This document shows positions 27,109 to 38,863 of a stretch of DNA of 64,000 bases, one piece after another (the stretch's first letter is position 1; each line of letters opens with the position of its first letter). The DNA comes from Octopus vulgaris. Taxonomy: Eukaryota. The position numbers were made by a program, and so were the translations under genes. The DNA lies in contig OX597815.1 in the NCBI GenBank assembly GCA_951406725.2, positions 139,376,001-139,440,000 of the forward strand, written 5' to 3'. A model generated the notes under the pieces. The model was not told the origin of the DNA and did no database searches. It worked only from the letters and a program-made list of their open reading frames with translations.

Positions 27109-28712
27109 TGCTTAGGCCCCATTGTATGTTTGCATGTATGTTTATTTATTTCGTCTTTGTCCCTCGTTCGTCTACTATTGGTCTCGTCTTGAATCACATT
27201 TATTCATGTTCGTACGTTCACTTCCATATAGAAGTGTTTATTGTTTGTTCGTTCTCGTTCTGTTATGTTTCTGGTCCCATTTCTCGGCGGCTTCTTGTGC
27301 CGGTACCACTAGAAGAGATCAATATTATCGTAAAAGGTGCAAAATTGCGTTCGACTCTCTGGTCGATAACTGATGAAGAGTTGGTGACCTGCTATATCTG
27401 TTTTCCAATCGTTTGTGCATTTATTATATGTTTTACAACCCATATATATATATATATATGTGCGTGTGTGTGTGTGTGTGCGTATGTTAAACGTTAGTAG
27501 ATAGAACGTCAAGGGTAGTTTATAGGAAGAGAAGGAGGAGAAAGAAAGAGATTAGCAGGAAATTAATAGTGGAGATATATAGAGCGATAGGTGCTAGGAA
27601 TAAGGCTTAAAAACTTGGAAGTAGATAAATTTAGTGGAAGGGAAATGTAAGAAGAGAGTCAAAGGTCGAGTTTTATAGAATAGTAGAAATCAATTTACTT
27701 ATAGGAACTAAAGGTATGTTTTTGCCAATTTTTGCAACAATAAATCGGATAATAATAAACAATTACATTTGAATGGAATATTCTATCTATATCATTTCCG
27801 TATGCTAGAAGTAAATCTTTTTGTCCTCTTTGTAACGATGAAATGTATTTATCCTGTTCTCAGAGAATCCTCTTGTAAACACATAGTTTATCGTTGCATA
27901 AAAACATACCTTGCGTAATGCTTAGGCCCCATTGTATGTTTGCATGTATGTTTATTTATTTCGTCTTTGTCCCTCGTTCGTCTACTATTGGTCTCGTCTT
28001 GAATCACATTTATTCATGTTCGTACGTTCACTTCCATATAGAAGTGTTTATTGTTTGTTCGTTCTCGTTCTGTTATGTTTCTGGTCCCATTTCTCGGCGG
28101 CTTCTTGTGCCGGTACCACTAGAAGAGATCAATATTATCGTAAAAGGTGCAAAATTGCGTTCGACTCTCTGGTCGATAACTGATGAAGAGTTGGTGACCT
28201 GCTATATCTGTTTTCCAATCGTTTGTGCATTTATTATATGTTTTACAACCCATATATATATATATATATGTGCGTGTGTGTGTGTGTGTGCGTATGTTAA
28301 ACGTTAGTAGATAGAACGTCAAGGGTAGTTTATAGGAAGAGAAGGAGGAGAAAGAAAGAGATTAGCAGGAAATTAATAGTGGAGATATATAGAGCGATAG
28401 GTGCTAGGAATAAGGCTTAAAAACTTGGAAGTAGATAAATTTAGTGGAAGGGAAATGTAAGAAGAGAGTCAAAGGTCGAGTTTTATAGAATAGTAGAAAT
28501 CACTTATAGGAACTAAAGGTATGTTTTTGCCAATTTTTGCAACAATAAATTAGTAAATTAATTTGGTATCTAAAGGATAATAATAAACAATTACATTTGG
28601 AATGGAATATTCTATCTATATCATTTCCGTATGCTAGAAGTAAATCTTTTTGTCCTCTTTGTAACGATGAAATGTATTTCATCCTGTTCTCAGAGAATCC
28701 TCTTGTAAACAC
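27109..28712 (+). repeat. Tandem duplication, 810-bp period
   Basis: 27109-27692 is identical to 27919-28502, including microsatellite lengths. The rest of copy 1 differs by several small deletions. Confidence 0.95.
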
Positions 28713-29183
28713 GTTTATAGAACGCGTTTATCGTTGCAAACATTGGCAAAAACATACCTTTAGTTCCTATCAGTAATTTCTACCATTCTATAAAATTCAA
28801 CCTTTGACTACCTTCTTACATTTCACTTCCACTAAATACATCTACTTCCAAGCCACTAAGCTTTATTCCTATTCACCTATCGCTCTACATCTCTCCACTA
28901 TTAATTTCTTTCTTTCTCATCCCTCTCTTTCTATAAACTACCTTTGACGTTATATCTACTAAGGGTTTAAAAAACAACTTGCTAGCGTTCCCTTCAGCAT
29001 ATACGCAGTCATCGCATTCTGTTAAATAGTCATATTGATGTGTTTGGTTTCGTTCTCATACCCTGGTGAGAAGATTGCATTGTTTTACACTATTTTATTC
29101 CTTCTGGAATAATACCGATGTTTTCTTCGAAACATGTCGGAAGTAAAAAGATTTGAATAACACCTGCGTTTAACTCCATATAT
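28304..29183 (+). mobile_element. Penelope-like element 3' end: GIY-YIG C-terminus, inverted pLTR segment, degenerate hammerhead
   Basis: Open frame 28549-28776 reads ISKLIWYLKDNNKQLHLEWNILSISFPYARSKSFCPLCNDEMYFILFSENPLVNTFIERVYRCKHWQKHTF (PLE SK.IW.LK..W.I..PY..C.LC..E..N..C.H motif). Inverted arms lie at 28304-28543 / 28733-28962. CTGGTGA..GAAACATGTC at 29063-29138. Confidence 0.85.
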
Positions 29184-29190
29184 TTCTCTC

Positions 29191-29270
<80 letters not shown>

Positions 29271-29812
29271 AGTAGTAACAGAGAAGAGGAATTTCGATTA
29301 TCCCCACGTGGTGAGTTGTAATGTATATAAGAAATTAAAAAAGGAAAATACGCACACTTACATAGTTTTAATATAATTTTTAATATATCGACCGGTTTCC
29401 CTATCGCTATTCATGATATTATGTTTCACTTATTTGAATATATATTTTTTCTTAAGTAGAAATTTTGACCATGTTGTGTGTGATGAAATTCACGAGTGAA
29501 TGACTTCACAAGTAGATAAATAAAGGGGGGTAATTGGTTGTCGTTATTATTGTTATTGTTGTGGGTAAGGGAGATAACTGTTCAGCTTTCGGTATTGGGT
29601 GGGATTATATATGTGTACAGACAGAGACAAGTTTCAAAAACCTTGTTTAGTAGGGGATTTATGTACAGTAATCGTGAATTGAAATATGTAAAAAGATAAA
29701 AGTTGGTTATGCGTGCATATTAAGACGTGTTTTGTATTTTTCAATGAAAAAATTTTCTTTATTTAAACGTTCCAGTTCAGAGATTGCGTCTTCGCACTGG
29801 TAGAAAGGGAAG
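29271..29812 (-). mobile_element. Second Penelope-like family, 3' end
   Basis: FPFYQCEDAISELERLNKENFFIEKYKTRLN is a GIY-YIG C-terminus (R..KE..FI....LN). A degenerate hammerhead-like ATATC-ATGAATA-GCGATAGG-GAAACCGGTC-GATAT lies at ~29386-29419 on the minus strand. Confidence 0.6.
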
Positions 29813-31610
29813 ACATCGCTGGGGTTCTGTATTTTCTGCGAGACTTTCGTATCACTTGCGTAGCTAGCAAGGGTGGCTATCTGGGCAGCTGAGAGCATAT
29901 CTGAGAGGACCACTATGAAAAGCAGAGGTCCCAAGACAGTGCCCTGTGGAACACCGCTCACTATTTGCGTTTTCGTTGAAGTACTGCCTGACTTCTATCT
30001 TTCAGAAGATCATGCAATGTATGGCATATCATACCATGATCCACTTTATCAAAAGCTTTTGCAAAGTCAAGGTATATTACGTCCATATTTGAGTTGTTGA
30101 GTAACTGCCTCAACACCCTGTCATAATGCAGTAAGAGCTGGGTCAGGCAGCTCCTACCTGGTCGAAAGCCATACTGAGTATCACTCATCAAGTTGTATTC
30201 TTCAAGGAATGCTATTAATGACTTTGCTGATGTGTGAAGTCAGAGAGAGAGGCCTATAGTTTTTGACACCTGCTCTGTTTCCTTCTTTATGGATAGGGCA
30301 TTTTGTTTCCCTCCTTCAGTTTGCTTGGCAAAGTGCCATTTGCAAGAAAACTCTGGAAGAGAATTTATGTGTTCTCGCCAGGGCACGCTTACACAATTTG
30401 CGGAGGATTTCTAGGAAACCAAAAAGAACAGCAGTTGAGTTTGCTTTCATCTCGTCTATGTCTAGTAGTATATCTTCTTCGCTAATGTTGATGTAATCCA
30501 TCGTAACTGCCTCGCTGGTTATAGGTGAGGCGGCAAAGAAATCCACTGGTTTGTTCACTTGTCTGTGTTCCAACGGGGTGGTAAAGACGCTTTTGAACTG
30601 GTCATTCAGTACCTCACTGATCCTGGCTGGACTATCTGTGAGGGAGCTATCCTTTTGGAAGAGGAGTTTTATTTTGCAGCGTACTGAGGCTGTTTCTTTG
30701 GCATAATGAAAGAAGGCCTTTGGGTTTGACTTAATGTTTTTTTATAACCCAGGTTTCTTTGTCTGCTCTCTCCCTCACATAGGATTGTTGCAGGCTTTTT
30801 TCAATCTCTAGCAGTGTTGTTTTTAGCCAACCCTCGTCCGTTGTCTCAGTCTCATGAGGATCTTCCTGTCTCTTGGAATCTTGTTCCTATGTGTGTTGGC
30901 CTTGTGCTCCGGGACATACTTATTGCAAATGGTTTGCATAACAGACATGAAATATTCTAGTTTCATGCCCATGTCTAGTGTGGAGAAATATTTCAGCCAG
31001 TCCTGTCTGAGGATCTCTTTTTGGATCGATTTCCATTCTGCTTTGTGGAAGTTCAGTTTGGAGAGATTTTGGGTGTTTCATATAGGCTGTATGTCTCTGG
31101 CTACTTTTGTTACACACCCAGACAGCTATATTATGTTGTGATCCGAAAGTAATGTTGGCGTCACTTTCACATTGTCCATATTGTTTGTAAAGCAGAGATC
31201 CAAAATGTTATTCGTCCTAGTTGGTCTGAGCACAACTTGCTCCATGGATAGGGCATTGGTGAGGTTGAGCAGGGACTCTACCTGCGCTTGTTTGCAATGA
31301 GTCATTCCTGAGAGCATGAGGCCTTCGGGCCATTTGACATTAGGGAAGTTGAAATCACCAGTAAGAAATACTCTCACATGGTGTTCCAGTTTCCTGAGGA
31401 TTTAATTCTTTTGAGGCAATCTTCACACTTGCCTATGTAGTTTGGAACATCTGATGGGCAATATATATTGCATATGACTATATTGCATTGTCTTATGTAT
31501 ACAATTAGTGTCACATACTGAATTTGAGTATGACAGTAAAACCTGGGCTGTAAGGTCTTCACGGATATATACAGTAACTTCACCATGGCTCCTTTCCCTT
31601 TTATCTGTTC
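29813..31610 (-). mobile_element. CR1-like LINE ORF2 remnant (APE endonuclease plus RT), same family as 14298-15350
   Basis: LTGDFNFPNVKW..PTRTNNILDLCFTN..LSDHNII (APE); QYGFRPGRSCLTQLL..IYLDFAKAFDKVDH; SGVPQGTVLGPLLFIV.LSDM. Contains frameshifts and stops. Confidence 0.93.
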
Positions 31611-31689
31611 GCAGTATGGTATATTTTGATATGTGTACTTCTGCGTGATAATACTCTCACGTGCACAACCATACCAAGATGACAATAAA

Positions 31690-33120
31690 TCCTACCAACT
31701 TTGTACAAATGACCACATTTTCACATTCGAGAACCAAATTACGAACCGAAACTCTGAATTAATCTCTTCATGCTAGCACACAATTTCAAAAACACTATAG
31801 CATATTAAATCAATAGTTATAATTTCTGACCGCTATACATGTGAATATATCACAACCTTCTCACCTTTCACCTTCACCATAAACTATTCCTATAATATAA
31901 ATAAGAAGCAATTTTGCAGCTTTACATTAGACAAGTACTGTAGAAATTATCTAGAATACCCTAATCTCCAAGCAAAATGTCCACAAAAGACTTTCTAACA
32001 TAAATGCTCAAACCTACACACACTCACTCATAAATATATATTTATATGCAATCATGCTTCAAGATTCTTTTCTATTCTAATGTTCCTTCTTTTAAATTTA
32101 AATACAAAATTGTTAGTGTTAAATCAAATTTTATAAATTGGATTTCATTTATAATCCTATTTTCATGTATGAGTATATACACACTTTTTATAATACCTCA
32201 CGCATATATCCATAGTCCTAAAGTAATATTATTTAACACTCACGTTTAAAACAGAATTGAAGAAAATTTATAAATACATAACCCACAAGCTCTGCCTCCA
32301 TAAAGAAAACAAAGGTTGAAATTTCTACATATTAATTAAATTACTTATTGCACTACGAGGGCCTAAAGAGAAATATACTGACCTACAATCATTACACCTA
32401 CCAGGATCCTGTTTCGAACATCAAATCAGAAGATAAACAAATTTCTGTGTGAACAACACCATGATATGCTCGACGAATAACCTCCACCTACCAGATAAAA
32501 ACAAGAAATATCCTAAATAGCATTAACGAGTAAAGGACCTCAATAATCAGCTAAAACATACCACCTACTTACATTTAATATGACCCCTTTAAAATTCCAT
32601 TGCTGCACTCCTAATTACTAAGTTACTGAATAGTGGACTAAACTTTGAACTTTGACCATTACATTGTCAAAGCAAAGAATTACATCCCAAAATAACTTAA
32701 GCTAATACCACACCCGTTGAACAAAAGGACCCTCTACTTACTTACATCGTTTATGTGAACCACTAAAAAACAATCCCATGACCTGAAACAGATACACCTA
32801 AATATACACCTCTGTTTATAAAGCTTTACACGCATGAATAAATTCTGAACAATAGCCCCAAATTTAATCAATAAAAATTTCTCCACAATACGTCTCTATC
32901 AAAACTACACGACAACTTAATTACCATTCAACTGAAGTCTACATAACACGAATAATTTTATTTCAATAGAAACTATATAAAACTAAGATTGACTTAAATG
33001 CATCACAGTCCCATGATGGTTTAGCTGACTGAAAACTCGAAGTTACTATTCTTGTTAAGTTATGATAAATGTATGGAGTAACCTTTCAGATTGTTTTTAT
33101 TATAAACGAACATCACAACA
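31690..33120 (+). mobile_element. Possible very old Penelope-like remnant
   Basis: A/C-skewed strand with KLLNSGLNF at ~32620, resembling the PLE LL.KGL.F motif. Otherwise unrecognisable. Confidence 0.3.
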
Positions 33121-33138
33121 AACGTTAATATATGTGCA

Positions 33139-33208
<70 letters not shown>

Positions 33209-33439
33209 GGCGCATAGTTTAATCATTAGGATGTTGCACTCACAATTGCGAGATCGCTGGTTCGACTCACGTTGCTCTGCGATTATTTCTTCATTTGACA
33301 TGTGGCACGCGATGCACCTGTACAGGTAAATGTTAATTTGATGGAGAGAGTGATCTTATATGTACACAAGCATTTGATCACTATAAACATCAGCGTCATC
33401 TAACGACGAGAGAGTTCTTATTGATACATATATATATGC

Positions 33440-33478
<39 letters not shown>

Positions 33479-33645
33479 TGTGTGTATGTATGTATGCATG
33501 TATGTATGTATGTGTGTGTGTATGTGTGTATGTATGTATTGGCGGTGCCCCAGAGTATGGCCGTAGTCTAATGACTGAAACAAGTAAAAGAGTAAAAGAG
33601 TATATATGGCATGTATATTCGTGAAGCGTTCCACATTTTTCTAGA

Positions 33646-33808
33646 CGCAGGCGTCACTGTGTGGTAAGAAGCTTGTTTCCTAACCTCATGGTTCCGGGTT
33701 CAGTCTCACTACGTGACACTTTGGGCAAGTGTCTTCTACTAAAGCCTCGGGCCGACCAAAGCCTTGTGAGTGGATTTGGTATACGGAAACTGAAACAAAC
33801 CTGTCGTA
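33646..33808 (+). mobile_element. SINE family A 5' half (a family A 3' end lies just upstream at 33541-33601)
   Basis: CTGTGTGGTAAGAAGCTTG..GGTTCCGGGTTCAGTC..TTGGGCAAGTGTCTTCTAC..GGAAACTGAAA. Confidence 0.85.
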
Positions 33809-33817
33809 TATATATAT

Positions 33818-33894
<77 letters not shown>

Positions 33895-35741
33895 ACAGGA
33901 ATAAATTAAATACTAACAAGGATTTGAGAGAAATAAAATATGTATTGTTTAGTTAATGATAGGTATTCAAAAGTACAAATATACAAACAGATACTGTGTA
34001 TGTATCAGGTTGTGTTTCTTGTACAAAAAGATAACCCTGCAATTCGATATATAGATGTCGATAAATTATGTTCGGATTTGAAATAATAACTACCATCGAC
34101 ATAACTGATTAAAATCTTTTCAGGAACCCAAGACAACTGCCATGAGACTTTCTTATTGTGTATTGCATTCAATTTAACACTCTTTAACTGTTAACCAAGG
34201 TGCCTTGCATTTGGATCGAACAAGAATCACTAGATTATGAGCTTAATTTCTTAACTACGCGCAGCTTCGACTGCAATGTGGTTATATAATTTTATTTATT
34301 TTTACTTAAGAAAAGCCATTTTTAAGAGTGTTGGAGTAGGAAGTGTAGTCTGTGTCAAAGCAACTACTAGACTACCAATGTTTTAAGCTGTGATATATAA
34401 CCATGTTACTAATTCTTATTTCCTTCAAACACATTGTAAACACTTCCCTGCATGTATTTAACCTCCAACCATTAATCTCAACAACTCAAACTCAACATCA
34501 ACTGGCTCATTACCCAGTTAAGTCCGTCCAGTGTTAAACTCACTAACCACGTAGTCCACGCCCCAATAAGTTGATTCCAGTAAATTTAGCGCAAATTTGT
34601 TCTTATTTCTTCAAGGTAAACCGAAAGCAAACACTCAGTGAATATGTATATGTAATCACTGTGTTCTTGAATGCCATCAACGAATGAATCGGAAACGTGT
34701 TGAGTGAACGTGAGAAAAGCTAAAGAAAAAAATGAATCTCTCCATATTTATGAGCAAATCACCAATTTCAGAACAATCTGCTGCCTATTTATTTAAGACA
34801 GTAGAATTGGCTCACTTTTAATAACCTATTAATCACTGTTCCTAAAACATTTCAATAAAGACAACTTACTTCTGATCAATTTCATCTCTCTGGCATTGCT
34901 CTTAAATTCGGACATCAATTACATCGATTAGGAAAGAAGGTCGAAAAGTCTTAAAGGTTTGTATTGTGAGTATATTAATACAATTTTTCATCATTCTGGT
35001 TTTGATATATCAAGCATCTATGGACACCTTAGTTTAAGTTGTCATATAAATAACAGTTTAGATTGACTAGAACAATAAACATAAAAAACAAGATCGATTA
35101 TTGAGATGAGTGTTGACTATATTGTATCGTTATCAGTTGTAGACATCAATAAAAAATATATCAGGACTGATAATCAGTAGATAACTTGTATCATTGCACG
35201 TTTGTTTCAGATATTTCACTCCAGCCGTTTTTAGATATATTAAAATATATCGCTACTTCATACGTTTAATTGTGTCTATTTATTGACTCTGTGTGGGTGG
35301 GTGCGTATGCCTGTGCGTATGTGTGTGTGTGTGTGTATGTCTGTGTGTGTAGGGTTGTGACAGTCACAATCGATTTGTAAATGAAGTGTACCTTCAATAT
35401 GTATACATACATTTACATACACATACACACACATTTTATTTTGTGGTAGAATATAGAAAATAGTCGGTACAACTCTGTGTTAGACGTTTGTGAAGTTCGA
35501 TATATAAGTATGTGTAATATATAAGATAAATACGATTAAATGTTAATCGTAGATAAGGCATCGTTCATTCGAACTTTTAGTGCACTCTGTTCATCAGCGG
35601 ATTGAGAATACATACATGTAATTATGAATATATACTCTTCTCAGTCCGCTGATATTTATACATTATATGTGCGTGTGTGCATGTAAGTATATATGTGTGA
35701 GTGTGTGCACGTGCGTTTGTATGTATATATGTGTGTGTGTA

Positions 35742-36541
35742 AATGGATGAATGAATTATCTTTTGTTTACAGTTAACACGGAAAATTCAATAAACAGTTA
35801 CCAGGGTAGCAAAATTCACGCAAGTAACAAGGATGTAGCGACCTATTCAAAGATAGAAACTCCGGGTTAATGTGCAGTAATTTGTATAGTATAAAAGTAA
35901 ATATATGGAGTTGAAGGCAGATGTTATTCAAATTCTTTTACTTTCTACATATGTTTCGAAGACAACATTGGTTTTATTCCAAAGGAATAAACGGTGTAAA
36001 ATAATGTAATCTTCTCATCAGGGAAAGAAAGACAGAAGAATTTTGATGACTGCATAAATGATAAACGGAACGCTATTAAGTATTTTTAAAATAACCGTTA
36101 GTAGATCTGACGTCAAAGGCAGACCATAGGAAGAGAAGAGGTAAAGAAATAATAAGTAGAGAACAAATAAAGAGGGATATATTGGTTGAAAAAATGTTCA
36201 AAGGCTTGGAAGTAGATTTCTCTATTGAAGTAAAGTGCAAGGTGAACTAAATGTTCAAACTATACAGACTAGTATAAATCACTTATATGAGCTAAAGGTA
36301 TGTTTCTGCCAGTGCTTACATTTGCAAGATCGCTCTATAAGCGTGTTAACAAGGTGATTCTTAGAGAAGAGAATATGGAAGAGTTCAGAGTTGTTGTCTT
36401 TAAGATACCAAACCAATTTACTAAGCCCTGTGCTATTACGTTTACTGCTATCCCTAAATGCAGAATAATGATTGGAAATTCTCTTAGATAACTGGGGAGG
36501 GAAATTTGAATAACACCTGCGTTCAACTACATTTATTTACT
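35742..36541 (-). mobile_element. Penelope-like element end, same family as 28304-29183
   Basis: Minus strand reads SKLVWYLKDNNS..ILFSKNHLVNTLIERSCKCKHWQKHTFSSY. The pLTR end ATTTGAATAACAxCTGCxTTCAACT occurs in opposite orientations at ~35908-35934 and ~36503-36528. Confidence 0.8.
35941..36027 (-). ncRNA. Hammerhead ribozyme copy (core intact, stem I register slipped)
   Basis: Minus strand: CTTTCC-CTGATGA-GAAGATTACATT...AATGTTGTCTTC-GAAAC-ATAT-GTA-GAAAG, with inner hairpin TTTATTCC-TTT-GGAATAAA. Confidence 0.65.
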
Positions 36542-36547
36542 TATATA

Positions 36548-37058
36548 TGGTGGCTGCCCCCTCGTTATCGAGTATGGCCATTGCTCGAAGCTTAATCAAT
36601 GTTGTTATCGTGCAATGCCTGTGCAAGAAGATATCTTTTAAAGTGAGGAAAGGTTGTGCACTGAGTCAATCCCACTCACTAAGCAACAGCAGCCATAATC
36701 CGAAAAGAAGATCAAGTCAACATCATCGGTAACCACTGACCTGCAGGTTTGATGTCGGAGTTATCCCAGTTACCTGAGTTACCTTCTCCTAGAAGGATGC
36801 CCTAACAAAGGCTAGGAGTCCTTCACTCCCAATGGTTTAACCGCGCGATCAGGTATTCAGTTCGATTATTTCTATGTCCTCACGCATGATAAAGCCTTAA
36901 GACCTTTGACGGGTTTTGTTTTTCATCTCGCAGGGTGTCCAATAAACACCCTCCTCACCAAGCAAGCTTGGTGGGATTGCCGGTTTAGTCACCGACGACC
37001 CGACCATGCAACAGGTTGTACTGGGTTACATGTTACCAGTAGCGCTTGAAAGTGACCT
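36548..37058 (-). mobile_element. GC-richer non-autonomous retroelement, possibly RTE-derived
   Basis: Sharp GC shift relative to flanks. The minus-strand end CTCGATAACGAGGGGCAGCCACC and the internal CTAGGAGAAGGTAACTC resemble RTE 3' tail and 5' UTR motifs (from memory). Confidence 0.4.
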
Positions 37059-37068
37059 TACTTATATG

Positions 37069-37357
37069 TACATATAAGAGGAATGACCAATAGATGGACT
37101 CCTAATATGCTAAATGTAGACCCCATATGATCTGACCACTAAGAAGAATTGTTCTCAAGAAAATTGGACAAACGCCAGAACGTAAAGCGAGCAAGATAAA
37201 TGAAAAGATACAAAATATAATGATTTGTCACATGCCATGGTTTCATTGTTACCATTTACATTACGTAAATGGTAACAATATGGGGTGGACATTTAGCGTA
37301 TGGGGTGTACATTTAGCATATTAGGAGTCCACTTAGAGGTCATTCCTCTTATATGTA
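37069..37357. repeat. Fold-back element with ~59-bp inverted arms and an internal 15-bp-stem hairpin
   Basis: TACATATAAGAGGAATGACC..GGACTCCTAATATGCTAAATGTAGACCCCATA (37069-37127) is inverted at 37299-37357. Hairpin ATTGTTACCATTTAC-ATTAC-GTAAATGGTAACAAT at 37245-37279. Confidence 0.85.
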
Positions 37358-37593
37358 TGTAATATAATTTTCTGAATCTTCAGATTTTTTTTCAATATCC
37401 TACGCCACTGGTTTAAATTGATATTAATCTAATTAATATCAATTGTTACCCTTATTATTTAAATGTATATATATGTGTGTGTGTGTGTGTGTGTAGGGAG
37501 TCTATTTCCACGCAGGTGAAAAATATAAGCAAATTTGTTGTTGAAAATGCACCTAAATTTGAAAAACTTGTAATTGTTTAAAATAAATTCATT

Positions 37594-38003
<410 letters not shown>

Positions 38004-38005
38004 AG

Positions 38006-38088
<83 letters not shown>

Positions 38089-38511
38089 ATACATATATAT
38101 GTATATAACTTAGAATAACTTAGAAAGGTTTTGGTCAGTATTGGCCCAGGCCATGTCTAGCTTAATAGCACCACCTGGCGAAGTCTTTCAGTTCAGGATA
38201 TACATATATATATATAATGTAGTAAAACAATCCACCCTTATGAAATAGCGCACTATAAACCTAACTTCCCAAAAGGCGACTACGTGGACCTCTTCGTCAT
38301 GAGAATTCATTATCTGATCCTTCACAGGCGCAGATTCTGACTGATCAAATGTATACCCTGGGTATGTGTGTGTGAAAACGTGTCCTTCTTCAAAGGTGAT
38401 TAACTATATATTTGCAAAATGGTGATCGTTAAGCGAAAATTCACACACACAGACCCACACAAATACAAACATATATATGTGTGTAAGCATAGTGTGTGTG
38501 TGTTTACTTAA

Positions 38512-38730
38512 AAGGCAGTGGATTGGCAGAACCCTTAGGGAGTCAGAAAAATTCCTTACAGAATTTGTCCCCGTCTTTTGCATTCTGAGTTCAAATCCAC
38601 CGCGGTTGATTTTGCTTTTCATCTCATCGGGCCGATAAAATTAAATTATCTGTCAGTCATATATTTGGTCGATTTAATCGACTAAACTTCTTTCGCCATG
38701 AACTGCTAGCCATGTGTCTAAATTAGAAAC
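38512..38730 (+). mobile_element. SINE family B, diverged
   Basis: AGGCAGTGGATTGGCAGAA..TTCTGAGTTCAAATCCACCGCGGTTGATTTTGCTTTTCATC..GTCGATTTAATCGACT. Confidence 0.75.
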
Positions 38731-38785
38731 TACATATATGTATATATGTACATACATACATACATACATACATACATACATACAT

Positions 38786-38863
<78 letters not shown>

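Noticed and set aside
27305-27390. CTAGAAGA-GAT..ATC-GTAAA and CTGATGAAGAG motifs
   Set aside because: Possibly decayed PLE hammerheads, but the cores are incomplete and no closing stems were found.
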